DNA of 64,000 nucleotides from Verrucomicrobiales bacterium. GTDB lineage: Bacteria > Verrucomicrobiota > Verrucomicrobiia > Verrucomicrobiales > V1-33. The stretch covers positions 32,001 through 96,000 of the forward strand of contig JANOAV010000037.1 in assembly GCA_031411295.1 (NCBI GenBank), written 5' to 3'. The translations under genes were made by a program, and so were the position numbers. This document shows, piece after piece, positions 35,644-45,465 of the stretch; within the stretch, counting starts at the first letter, position 1; every line of letters starts with the position of its first letter. The notes beneath the pieces were generated by a model. The model was not told the origin of the DNA and searched no databases. It saw only the letters and a list, made by a program, of their open reading frames with translations.

Positions 35644-38600
35644 TCACCACTCTAGTCTGCTGCAACCGCCGTCAATCTTGACGACGCGGATCTGGGTGCC
35701 GATACGTTCCTTCATGGCTTCGACGTGAGAAATTACACCGATGGTTTTTCCGGTATCACGGAGATTTTCCAATGCGGACATGGCGATTTCGATAGTGTCG
35801 GCATCGAGGGTGCCGAAACCTTCGTCGATGAAGAGGGAATCGATTCGTGAACTCCCTCCAGCGAGCTCAGAAAGCCCCAGCGCAAGTGCGAGGCTGACCA
35901 GGAAGCTTTCTCCGCCGGATAAACTTTTCATCGCTCGCGTCGTGTCCGCCTGGTAGTGGTCCACGATTTCCAGTTCCAGTTCGTCCGTGCGTTGGTTATC
36001 ACATTGGAGTGAGTAGCGGGGGTTGAGGTGGGTTAAATGACGGTTTGCCAGCAGGACCAAACGTTCCAGCGTGAGCCCTTGGGCAAACTTCGCGAAGACG
36101 AGGCCAGTAGCGGATCCAATGAGACTGCTCAAGCGCCCCCAGCGCTCGCGGTCCCGCTCTGCTCCGGAAATCTCGGCAGAAATTCCAGCATGTCGGGCAC
36201 GCTCAGAGTCATCGCGTGCCAAGTGTTCGATGGCAACTGCAAGCTGCCCTTGCCTCGTGGCTTGAGTGCTCTTCCGTTCGGCCACCGCGGCTTCCAGGTC
36301 AGTGTGAATCCGTGCATCTGCCAAAGCTTCGGGGGTTAGTCGAGCCCGATCCTGACCAAGTTTTTGCTGCCGGGTGGTCAGCGCGATCGCTCGGTTTTGC
36401 AGCGTGCTCAACTGGTCCTCAGCAGCGCGCACGGTGGCTGCATCCAGAATGGCAGCCTCTAATCCCTGAATACCGGAAAATCCGGCTTCACAGACAAGCA
36501 CCGTTAGGGTTGACTCCTGAGCCGCTTGCTTGGTCCGGGAATCTTGCAAGGCGGTGAGTGCTTCCTGGATTCGTTGCTGCGCAGTAGTTAGGGAAAGCTG
36601 AGCTTTTTGATGAGCGGCGGTTGCTTTTTCCTTGTCGCTGCGGGCGGTGGCGAATCGCTTGTTGAAATCCAATTCTGTGGTGGCGACGGAATTTTTCCCA
36701 AATTTCAGTTCCCGCTGGAGCACCAGGGCTTCGTGGAGGTGCTGTGCTTTTTGCTCTGCGCTGATCAATGCTTCCAACTCTGGTTGCGCGATAGTTCGTT
36801 GCGCCTGCTTTACTTCGATGACCGCTTGGAGATTGTCGCGGTTTCCGATGAGCGCGCGAAGTTGTTGTTGTTTGTCCTCGAAAGCCTTCCTTCGCGTTTC
36901 CAAACGTCTGACGGCAGCGGTTGCTTCCACGAGAGAGGTTGCGCTTTCTGCGGCTGGCGACAGCGTGTCTTGGGTCAACTGGGTGATGGCGGCCACCGCT
37001 TGAAGCTCGGCTGCGTGTTTCGTGACAGTGGCCGATACTGCCTGCTGCGCGTTTTCTGCCTGTGTTACTGCGGTAGCCTGTGCCAAACGTTGGTCCTGCC
37101 AAACGCGCTCGGCTTTGGTGGCGGCTTGGATTTCGTTCGCCAACGCCTGTTCAGCTGCGCGGATGTCTTGAACGCGTTTAACGAGCGCGCCATGAGCGAC
37201 CGTTTGTGCTTGCAGCAGCGAAGTTAGGTTGGTGGCATCGGCTAGCGGGATCCCGGCGTTCACGGCTTCCCATTGCGCGGAATTTGCTTCGAGTTGCTGC
37301 TCGGCTAGCTTAACTGCGGCGGCACTACTGCTGCCCTGGGTCTCCGCGCGAGTCGCGGCTTCGCGTGATTCCTGCAACGTTTGTTGCAGCTTCTTTAAAT
37401 CCGTTTCAGACTGCTTGAGAGATCGCTTCAAATTGCCGATCTCGGTGGTGGGCACAGCATCGGGGTGGGCGTAGGGATGATCCAACGAGCCACACAGCGG
37501 GCAGGCTTCATTGGATTTCAGATTGGCGCGCTGAGATTCCAGCGTCTCCACGCGCTCGGCAAATGTCAACGCGGCCCGCCGAGCCTCCACCAAAGCAACC
37601 GCTTGGGTTTCCAGCTGCGTCTGGGTTTGGATGGTCGTTCTCAATTCCAACCAGGCTGCACGGGTAGCCTTAAGGGCCGTTTCCTGTTCGTGATGTTGTT
37701 GCTGGAGCTTAACACGTTCGGAGTAAATCCGTTGCAGCTCGGACAGTTGGCGTAAACGTTGTTCCGCCGCGTCGCGTGCCGCCTCCCAAGCGGTCGTCGG
37801 CTTTGCTTCCTGCAACGCGGCCAACCGTTGCTGAGTCTTGGTTCCAGCAGCGAGCGATGCTTCATGCAGGCTGGCCAAGCGCGTCTCTTCAACGCTCAGC
37901 TTGGCGACCACGCGCTGCGCCTTGGTGACGGCTTCGCGTCCTGCGGTCAATTCACGGGCGAGGACGTCCAGACGTTGTTGCTTCTCGGCCCAAACGCTGA
38001 GATGTCCTGCTAGGGGAGTGAGCATCAGGCTCAATTCGCCATCGGTCGCGCGCTCCTTCAGCCATGTTTCCAAGGTTTCGGTTTGCGTTCGCAGTTTCAC
38101 TAATTCCTGCTGCCCGGTGGTCAACGCCGCGTCCAGTTCGGTTAACTTAGCGGCCTGGGCGGCGCGAGCTTTTTCGGCTGCGAGACGCTGCTGTTTCGCA
38201 GTGACCATATTGGCATCCAAAGCGGTGATTTCATGGAGGAGCGCGCGCAATGGCTGCTCTTCGGCTTCGATTTGCTGGAGGGATGCCGTCACGTCCCGCG
38301 CGATGCGTTCCGCTTCACTGGCTGATTCCCGCACGAGCGGCAACCGCTCCTGCCATTGCTCGAGTTCTCGTTCCTTCTGCTGTAGCGTCTGCCTGGCGGT
38401 GCGCCAATCGGCCAAGCCGCCTTGCAGCGGCAGCGCCTGGCGGTGCTTCGCCAGCGCTTCTGACATGGGGCTAAAAGCGTGTTGGTCACTCGTCAGCGTC
38501 AACGCTGCTGCGGTCAGGGCGCTCGCTTCGGCTTCGCAACGTGAGGCGTCCCGAGCCATTTGCAGTCTTGCTTCCAACGTCTGCAAATCAACCTCGAATT

Positions 38601-39297
38601 GCGTCAATTGCTGGTTTAGCCGGGAAATCTCCTGCTGTTTGGTGGCGCGATCTTCGTCTGTTAGCAATTTCACTTCCCCTTGCCGCAGGCGGAGGTCGTT
38701 CAGGCCACGTTCGGCAGTTTTGGCGCGCTCATAGGCGGCTCGGGAGATTTCGCCATAGATGGCAGTGCCGGTTACTTGCTCCAGCAATTGCGTGCGCTCT
38801 TTGGCTTCCGCTTTCAGGAAGGCTGCGAATTCGCCTTGCGCCAACATCACGGAGCGGAGGAAGCGATGATAATCCAGACCTGTTAGCTCGATGATTTTGA
38901 GATCCGCCTCGCGCAATTTTTCAGCGATGACAGTCTCGGTGGCCATGGCGATGATCCGCCGCGTAGGCTGCTGGAGATCGCCATCCGGTTTCTTGCGGGA
39001 GCGATGCAGTTGCCACACGCTGCGGTAAATTCCACTGGCGCACGCAAATTCCACCTCCGCCGAGCACTCGCCCGTATGGCGGCTCATCATTTGCTCTGGC
39101 CGATCCTCACCATAACGTGCGGCCCGGCCATAGAGTGCCAGAGTGATGGCATCCAAAATGGTGGTTTTGCCCGCTCCGGTTTGGCCTACGATGGCAAACA
39201 AGCCAGCTCCAGCAAACGGAGGCTGGGTGAAATCCAAGACCGGAGATTCCCCGCGCAGCGAGTTCAAGTTCGTGAAACGCAGTCGGAGAATTTTCAT
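35644..39297 (-). CDS. sbcC: SMC-like exonuclease subunit SbcC
   Basis: Walker A GQTGAGKT, zinc hook CPLCGS, signature LSGGESF, Walker B LFIDEGFGTLD; long coiled coil. Confidence 0.96.
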   Translation of the reverse strand: MKILRLRFTNLNSLRGESPVLDFTQPPFAGAGLFAIVGQTGAGKTTILDAITLALYGRAARYGEDRPEQMMSRHTGECSAEVEFACASGIYRSVWQLHRSRKKPDGDLQQPTRRIIAMATETVIAEKLREADLKIIELTGLDYHRFLRSVMLAQGEFAAFLKAEAKERTQLLEQVTGTAIYGEISRAAYERAKTAERGLNDLRLRQGEVKLLTDEDRATKQQEISRLNQQLTQFEVDLQTLEARLQMARDASRCEAEASALTAAALTLTSDQHAFSPMSEALAKHRQALPLQGGLADWRTARQTLQQKERELEQWQERLPLVRESASEAERIARDVTASLQQIEAEEQPLRALLHEITALDANMVTAKQQRLAAEKARAAQAAKLTELDAALTTGQQELVKLRTQTETLETWLKERATDGELSLMLTPLAGHLSVWAEKQQRLDVLARELTAGREAVTKAQRVVAKLSVEETRLASLHEASLAAGTKTQQRLAALQEAKPTTAWEAARDAAEQRLRQLSELQRIYSERVKLQQQHHEQETALKATRAAWLELRTTIQTQTQLETQAVALVEARRAALTFAERVETLESQRANLKSNEACPLCGSLDHPYAHPDAVPTTEIGNLKRSLKQSETDLKKLQQTLQESREAATRAETQGSSSAAAVKLAEQQLEANSAQWEAVNAGIPLADATNLTSLLQAQTVAHGALVKRVQDIRAAEQALANEIQAATKAERVWQDQRLAQATAVTQAENAQQAVSATVTKHAAELQAVAAITQLTQDTLSPAAESATSLVEATAAVRRLETRRKAFEDKQQQLRALIGNRDNLQAVIEVKQAQRTIAQPELEALISAEQKAQHLHEALVLQRELKFGKNSVATTELDFNKRFATARSDKEKATAAHQKAQLSLTTAQQRIQEALTALQDSRTKQAAQESTLTVLVCEAGFSGIQGLEAAILDAATVRAAEDQLSTLQNRAIALTTRQQKLGQDRARLTPEALADARIHTDLEAAVAERKSTQATRQGQLAVAIEHLARDDSERARHAGISAEISGAERDRERWGRLSSLIGSATGLVFAKFAQGLTLERLVLLANRHLTHLNPRYSLQCDNQRTDELELEIVDHYQADTTRAMKSLSGGESFLVSLALALGLSELAGGSSRIDSLFIDEGFGTLDADTIEIAMSALENLRDTGKTIGVISHVEAMKERIGTQIRVVKIDGGCSRLEW

Positions 39298-40496
39298 GCG
39301 GTGGTTACCTCCTGCATGTGACTAAGCAGTTCGTGGAACGTGCCCATGAGCGCCACGTAATCGTCGCTGGATGGCTCCACGCCTTCACGACGCAATTTTT
39401 CTGCGAAGATGTCTTGGGGAGTGGTTTCGTGGAGTTCACGACCTGCGAGGGGACTGAGAACGAAGGGGGTAGTCGATTTCTGACGGACTAACTTCAAGAC
39501 TTGAACTCCAGCAGCAGCGGCAGCAGCTCGCACCATGGGGTCCAAATCTGCCGGGGCGACCGTATCGGAGATCGTCAATTCCACCCAAGGAGTTAAGATG
39601 GTGCTCACGGCTTCATCCTTCAGGCGTTGCAAGGTCGACACCAGGGAGGCCACATCGCACTGGGCGCTCGCCAGTTTCCGCCAGAGGGGCACTGGCAGGG
39701 CCTCGTGGGTCACGGGTTGGTTCTTGTTAACCGTTAGGATGACCACTTGCTTGGCATTCGCCACCTCGTCGAAGGCCAGAAATATGGGGGAGCCGGCATA
39801 CCGGACCGACTCACGTCGCGCTACGCACTGAGGCCGATGGATGTGACCTAACGCAACGTAATCATAACCATCAAAACAGTCTGCACCCACCGCCCCTAAA
39901 TTTCCAATGTGAATGTCCCGTTCACTGGTGGCGCTGGTTACGCCCACCGCCGTGAGGTGGCCGGTGCCAATGATGGGGCGACCTGCGGCGGCATTTTGGG
40001 CAGCCGCCAGAATCTTGGCGTAGTGCGCTTTAATGCCAGCGCGCAGGGAAGCCACGATTTCATCGTGAGTCTGTCCGGCCTCGGCGGTGCGGACATCCCG
40101 CTCGCGCAGAAATGGAATCGCGCAGACGATGGCATCAGGGAATTCCAGAAGCGCGTCGGTGGAGTCGGCGGGCGCGGCTCCATGCACGTGAACCCGCAGG
40201 GAGCGGAGCAGTTCGCGCGGGGCATTCAAGGTGGCGGCCGAGTCATGATTTCCTCCGATGATGAGCACGGCACAGTTGGTGCCGGATAAGGCGGCCAGGA
40301 AGCGGTAATATTGCGCCAGAGCGGTTTGTGGTGGGTTGGCGCTATCAAAGATATCACCTGCCACGATCAGCAAATCAACCTGGCGCGTTTGGATCGTTTC
40401 GAGCAACCACTGCAAAAAGCACTGGTGCTCCGCGCTGCGCTCGTGATCAACGAGTCGCGCGCCGAGGTGCCAATCTGCGGTGTGAAGGATTAACAT
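39294..40496 (-). CDS. sbcD: Exonuclease subunit SbcD
   Basis: HTADWHLG, AGDIFD, GNHDS and YVALGHIH motifs; 4-bp overlap with sbcC. Confidence 0.96.
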   Translation of the reverse strand: MLILHTADWHLGARLVDHERSAEHQCFLQWLLETIQTRQVDLLIVAGDIFDSANPPQTALAQYYRFLAALSGTNCAVLIIGGNHDSAATLNAPRELLRSLRVHVHGAAPADSTDALLEFPDAIVCAIPFLRERDVRTAEAGQTHDEIVASLRAGIKAHYAKILAAAQNAAAGRPIIGTGHLTAVGVTSATSERDIHIGNLGAVGADCFDGYDYVALGHIHRPQCVARRESVRYAGSPIFLAFDEVANAKQVVILTVNKNQPVTHEALPVPLWRKLASAQCDVASLVSTLQRLKDEAVSTILTPWVELTISDTVAPADLDPMVRAAAAAAGVQVLKLVRQKSTTPFVLSPLAGRELHETTPQDIFAEKLRREGVEPSSDDYVALMGTFHELLSHMQEVTTA

Positions 40497-40601
40497 GAAG
40501 CGTCAGGTAAAGCGACGGAAAGGAATACGCAAGGCCAACAGGGAGCCACCCAAATGAAACGGGGTGGGACTTGGGGTTAGGCGTGGTGAGGGGCTTAGTC
40601 T

Positions 40602-40879
40602 AAGTTGCGTTCAAGATGAGATCTTCTCGCATTCAAGCCGGAGGCTTGACAGAAATTAGCCGGAGGTTGAGCGATACCCCCGGTATCCCAAGGAAATGAC
40701 CGCATCCCGGCATGGATGCCAGAATAGGATCGTGCCAAGCCATTTCCCCCCATATTGCTGATCTGGCATCCCTGCTGGGATGCGATTCTTTTGGTCCTCT
40801 AATCGGGGGTATCGCTATCGCTCAACCCCCGGCTAATTTCTGAGATCCCTCCGGGATCACCTCATCTTGAACGCAACTT
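40602..40879. mobile_element. 278-bp nested inverted-repeat element (REPIN/MITE-like, non-autonomous)
   Basis: Perfect 19-bp terminal IR (40602-40620 / 40861-40879) plus two inner IR pairs and GGA-loop hairpins; no ORF in the track. Confidence 0.8.
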
Positions 40880-40883
40880 GGAA

Positions 40884-41777
40884 TTAGCCCCCTAGTGCTG
40901 AATACAGCCCGTGGCGCATCGCTTCGATGGGGGCGGGTTGATCGAACCACCACTCGAAGCTGACGGCTCCCTGGTGCAGGAGCATCGGCAGGCCATTGAT
41001 GGCTTGGCAGCCGATGGCTTTGGCTTGTTGGAGAAATTTAGTTTCCAGTGGCTTGTAAACCATGTCGTAGGCCAGATGGCGTGACTCCAAGGCCGCTCCT
41101 GCCAGCACCTCTGGATCGTCCGCCTTCATGCCCAAGTTGGTGCCATTGATGATCAGATCCACGGAGCCTAGCACCGCCGCAATACGGTCGGCGGTCCATG
41201 GTTCCACGCGGATGCGGTTGGCAGGGAAAAACGCGGACAATTCCTGCTGCAAGGCGGTCACTTTATCCAGCGAGCGATTCATGAGCACGAGTTCCTGACA
41301 GTTTTCCAACGCGCACTGCACCGCCACGGCTCGTCCCGCTCCGCCGCCTGCGCCAATGATGAGGATGCGCAGGTCTTTGACTGCGGCGGAGAATCCCTCC
41401 TGCACTGCGCGCACGAAGCCCGGGCCATCACTGTTGCGGCCGATGGATTGGCCATTGCGGAAAATGATCGTGTTCACTGCGCCCAGCCGTTGCGCTTGTT
41501 CGGACACGATGTCCACGGTGCGCAGCGCGGTAAATTTATGGGGAATGGTAACGTTAGTGCCATAGAGGCCGAGTTCGTGGATTCGTTTTAGGGCCGCGGT
41601 AAATTCTGCTTCCTTGACCTCGATGCGCACGTATTCGCCTGGGATGCCGAGCGCCTTGAGGGCCGGATTATGCAGTTGCGGGGAGAGGGAGTGGGCCACG
41701 GGATCACCAAAGACGGAGAGCACCGCCGAGGTTTTCCGCATCGTTTGTAATTCTGCCAGAGTAAAGAAATTCGCCAT
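40884..41777 (-). CDS. aroE: Shikimate dehydrogenase
   Basis: GDPVAHSLSP, NVTIPHK, GAVNT, NSDG, DMVYKP and GLPMLLHQG motifs. Confidence 0.96.
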   Translation of the reverse strand: MANFFTLAELQTMRKTSAVLSVFGDPVAHSLSPQLHNPALKALGIPGEYVRIEVKEAEFTAALKRIHELGLYGTNVTIPHKFTALRTVDIVSEQAQRLGAVNTIIFRNGQSIGRNSDGPGFVRAVQEGFSAAVKDLRILIIGAGGGAGRAVAVQCALENCQELVLMNRSLDKVTALQQELSAFFPANRIRVEPWTADRIAAVLGSVDLIINGTNLGMKADDPEVLAGAALESRHLAYDMVYKPLETKFLQQAKAIGCQAINGLPMLLHQGAVSFEWWFDQPAPIEAMRHGLYSALGG

Positions 41778-41914
41778 GGCCAAGTCATAGCCAGCGGGCG
41801 CGCACTGTCCATGCGGAATGTAGTGTCTGCTTACCCGAAAACGCAGGCATCATTGCGGGAGCGCGACACGTGACCAGTAGCTTGACTTTGCGGGGACGGG
41901 ACCGATGTCGGGAC

Positions 41915-43234
41915 ATGATCGTTCGTTTACTCATTTTCCTTTCCTTGCTGCACCGATCTCTGGTGGCGGCCACGTTCTTTGTGGCACCCGATGGGAATGA
42001 CATGAATGCCGGCTCTAAGGAGCAACCCTTCGCCACGGTGCAGCGTGCTCAGCAGGCGGTCGAGCCCGGGGATACGGTGAATTTACGGGGCGGCACTTAT
42101 CTGATGAAGGAAAGCCAGATCGCGCGTCGGCGGTATGGTCGGGCGGTGGTGACGCATCTGACGAAGAGCGGTCTGGAAGGGAAGCCGATCACTTATCAGG
42201 CGTTCGAGAACGAATCTCCTGTGTTTGATTATCGCAATGTGAAACCTGCGAACAACCGCGTGACGGCCTTTCAGGTGGATGGCTCGTGGCTGCATTTGCA
42301 GGGACTGGCGGTGGTGGGAGTGCAGGTGACCATCCTGACCCACACGCAGTCGATCTGCTTTGATAACCAAGGAGATCACAACGTCTTCGAGCGCCTGTCG
42401 ATGCATGATGGGCAGGCGATTGGGTTCTGGCTGGGCAAGGGATCGCAGAATCTGGTATTGAATTGCGATGCGTGGAATAACTGGGATTTCACGTCCGAAA
42501 ACAAGCGTGGTGGCAATGTGGATGGATTCGGTTTCCATGTTCCCAAGGGCAGCGTGGGGAACGTGTTCCGGGGGTGCCGGGCGTGGTTTAATAGCGATGA
42601 CGGCTTTGATTTCATCAACACGGAGGAGGCGGTCACGGTGGAGGATTGCTGGGCGTTCTACAATGGCTTTGGCACGAAGTTCGAATCGTTGGGCGACGGC
42701 AATGGCTTCAAGGCTGGCGGCTATGCGGCCAGGCCCACCGAGCAGTTGCCGAAGCAGATTCCGCGGCACGTGATTCGGAATTGCCTGGCGGTGCGGAATA
42801 AGGCCAGTGGTTTCTACGCCAACCATCAACCGGATGGCAATGATTGGTTAAATAACACCGCCTGGAAGAATGCGAATAATTTCAATCTGCTCAGTCGCAC
42901 GCCGGATAACTTGGTGGATGTCTCGGGCCATGGTCATAAGTTGAAGAATAACCTGGGTTTCCAAGGGCGGGCCGAGGTGACCCATCTGGATGAGAAATTG
43001 AGCGATGCGGCCGGAAACTATTGGAATCTGCCAGTGAAAGTCACCGCTGAGGATTTCGCTAGTCTGGATGAAGCGGAGTTGACCCTGCCGCGGGAACCGA
43101 ACGGAGATTTGCCGCGCATCAAGCTGCTGCATTTAGTTTCTGGCAGTGACCTGATTGATCGGGGGATTGAGGTTGGGCTTCCATTTGCAGGCACGGCTCC
43201 GGATCTTGGGTGCTTTGAATCGAGCGGGAAATAG
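41915..43234 (+). CDS. Pectate lyase family 9-like beta-helix lyase
   Basis: FFVAPDGND, GNVDGFG, NSDDGFD, GDGNGFKAGG and APDLGCFE motifs; signal peptide. Confidence 0.9.
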   Translation: MIVRLLIFLSLLHRSLVAATFFVAPDGNDMNAGSKEQPFATVQRAQQAVEPGDTVNLRGGTYLMKESQIARRRYGRAVVTHLTKSGLEGKPITYQAFENESPVFDYRNVKPANNRVTAFQVDGSWLHLQGLAVVGVQVTILTHTQSICFDNQGDHNVFERLSMHDGQAIGFWLGKGSQNLVLNCDAWNNWDFTSENKRGGNVDGFGFHVPKGSVGNVFRGCRAWFNSDDGFDFINTEEAVTVEDCWAFYNGFGTKFESLGDGNGFKAGGYAARPTEQLPKQIPRHVIRNCLAVRNKASGFYANHQPDGNDWLNNTAWKNANNFNLLSRTPDNLVDVSGHGHKLKNNLGFQGRAEVTHLDEKLSDAAGNYWNLPVKVTAEDFASLDEAELTLPREPNGDLPRIKLLHLVSGSDLIDRGIEVGLPFAGTAPDLGCFESSGK

Positions 43235-43525
43235 AGTTCACGAAATGGTCAGCGCTTGGCGGGACCCTTGGTGCGCACGGGGCCTGCAAAATGGACGCAT
43301 TGGTTAAGGAAGAAGAGGAATTCGGGATGCATGGGCTCACAGACTCTTTGCCACGGCTGGCGGAAAAGTGACAAAGTATTTTTCGAAAGGGCCCGACAGA
43401 TGCTGTGATTGACCACGGGGTTGCCAGCGGGCGGAAATTTCCGGTCGGTGCCCAGCCCCAAGAAATTTACTTTCCCCCGGCCAAAAGCTGTTTATGGTGT
43501 CGCTTGGCCGCATCTGGCCTAACTC

Positions 43526-43777
43526 ATGCCCATCTACGAATACATTGCTACGCAGCCCGAAAAATCCTGCCGCATCTGCGCCAAGGGATTCGAGCTACAA
43601 CGCCCGATTGAACGCCCTCCTTTGGAGGTTTGTCCGCTATGCCGCCGCCCGGTGCGCAAGGTGATCAGTCAGGTCAGCACCCCGCGCATTACGGCACCGC
43701 TGTCGGTGAGTGATGCCAAGAAGGCTGGGTTTACGATTCTTAAAAAACGCGACCAAGGAGTGTATGAGAAGTTATAA
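43526..43777 (+). CDS. FmdB-family zinc ribbon protein
   Basis: MPIYEY..CRIC..FE..CPLC..KVIS motif. Confidence 0.88.
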   Translation: MPIYEYIATQPEKSCRICAKGFELQRPIERPPLEVCPLCRRPVRKVISQVSTPRITAPLSVSDAKKAGFTILKKRDQGVYEKL

Positions 43778-43846
43778 CAGGAAGTCCGGGCGTTTTCCAC
43801 AGTCTTTTTTTGCAGCCCGCGTCCTTGTCGGTGCTAGCTCTGGCCA

Positions 43847-45448
43847 ATGAATACCCCATCCGAATCGTTTCCTCCCTTGCTCCACTGCCTGTCCCGCTTC
43901 AGCGGGAGATCACTTTGGCGATGGGTATCAACTCTTGCATTCCTGTCGCTCTGGACTGTCATCCTCGGTGGGCTTGCTCCGCTCCACGCCGAACCGGTTC
44001 CGCCAACTGCAACGCCAGCTGTTGCTGGTCCTGCGGCGGGAGATGGGGAGCACAGACTGGCAACGAGCTTCCCATCAGCGGGTGAGGCCGCTTGGCAGAT
44101 CGGGTTGGTCATTTTCCTGGTGATCTTAAATGGGATCTTCGTGGCGGCGGAATTCGCGATTGTGAAGGTGCGCTCGACGCAGATTGAGCAATTGCTGGAT
44201 GAAGGGCAGCCGAAGGCGAAGCGGGCGAAGGACATTGTGGAGAACATGGATGTCTATCTGAGCGCCACCCAGCTGGGGATTACGATGGCGAGTGTCCTGC
44301 TTTCGATGTTCGGGGAAAAGTATCTTTCCAAAATGCTGGAGCCGATTTTTCCGATGCTGCACATTTCGCTGAGCAATGAGGCCATCACGTGGATCTCCTT
44401 TATTCTGGCATTCAGTATGATTACGTCGATTCACGTGGTAATCGGTGAACTGATGCCGAAGACCTTGGCGATCCGTCGGGCGCTGGGGACGACGATGCGT
44501 TTGGCCACCCCGTTGTATTGGTTTGAACGCACGTTCAGCTGGCTGATCGCGATTTTAAATGGAGCCGCCCGCAAGCTGCTGAAGCTCTTGTTTGGAATTG
44601 AACCTGCAGGCGAACATGAAATCGTGCATAGTGCGGAGGAACTGCAAATGCTGGTGGAGGAAAGCGGACGTTCCAAGAATGTGACCCCCACGGAGCGGGA
44701 CATTTCCATCAATGCGCTGGAGTTAAATGATCTGCGGGCCAAGGATATCATGACCCCGCGGACGGATATTATTTATCTGGATGCCGGGAAGACCTTCGAG
44801 GAGAGCGTGAAGACGGCCATGGAATCGAAGCATACCCGCTTTCCCATTCGGGAAGGCAGCTTGGATAATGTGCCGGGGATCGTGCACATTAAGGATTTAC
44901 TGCGGGTGATAAAAGAACCGCGGCCAGACATTTTGAAGATCGCCCGGCCGGCACTGTTTGTGCCGGAGATCCAGCCCCTGGACGAAGTCCTGAAGACTTT
45001 CCTGAGCCGCCATGCGCATATGGCCCTGGTGGTGGATGAGAATGGAGTGCTCACGGGAATGCTGACGCTGGATGATGTGTTGGAAGAATTGGTGGGTGAG
45101 ATTCAAGACGAGTTCGACACGCATGATGAAAGCTTCAAGACGCTGTCCGAGGGCGAATATCTGGTGGAAGGAAAGTTGGCGCTGTATGAATTGGCGGAGC
45201 GCACGGAGATCGAGATTGTGGATCAGAACGTTAGCACGCTGGGAGGTTATATCACTGCCTTGCTCGGTCGATTGCCTAATCAAGGGGAGCGCGTCATTTT
45301 GGAAGATCACGGTTACGAGGCTGAAGTCACGAAGACGGATGGCCGTCGGGTGGTGCAAGTGCACCTGCGGCGGGAACAAACCAAGGCTCAAGCGGAGGCC
45401 GCCGCAGAAGCTCAGGAATTGGCTGCTGCAGAAACCAAGTCGGAATAG
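43847..45448 (+). CDS. Hemolysin/CorC-HlyC family membrane protein (DUF21-CBS-CorC)
   Basis: NGIFVAAEFAIV, GELMPK, IMTPRTDI, HTRFP and DVLEELVGEIQDEFD motifs; start uncertain. Confidence 0.92.
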   Translation: MNTPSESFPPLLHCLSRFSGRSLWRWVSTLAFLSLWTVILGGLAPLHAEPVPPTATPAVAGPAAGDGEHRLATSFPSAGEAAWQIGLVIFLVILNGIFVAAEFAIVKVRSTQIEQLLDEGQPKAKRAKDIVENMDVYLSATQLGITMASVLLSMFGEKYLSKMLEPIFPMLHISLSNEAITWISFILAFSMITSIHVVIGELMPKTLAIRRALGTTMRLATPLYWFERTFSWLIAILNGAARKLLKLLFGIEPAGEHEIVHSAEELQMLVEESGRSKNVTPTERDISINALELNDLRAKDIMTPRTDIIYLDAGKTFEESVKTAMESKHTRFPIREGSLDNVPGIVHIKDLLRVIKEPRPDILKIARPALFVPEIQPLDEVLKTFLSRHAHMALVVDENGVLTGMLTLDDVLEELVGEIQDEFDTHDESFKTLSEGEYLVEGKLALYELAERTEIEIVDQNVSTLGGYITALLGRLPNQGERVILEDHGYEAEVTKTDGRRVVQVHLRREQTKAQAEAAAEAQELAAAETKSE

Positions 45449-45465
45449 AGATTCCTCATCATCCT

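Noticed and set aside
35644..40496. SMC ATPase + nuclease as a novel defence system
   Set aside because: All motifs and the gene order match canonical SbcCD, with no accessory defence genes adjacent.
43249..43332. Small minus-strand ORF MHPEFLFFLNQCVHFAGPVRTKGPAKR
   Set aside because: No motif, promoter or compositional support.
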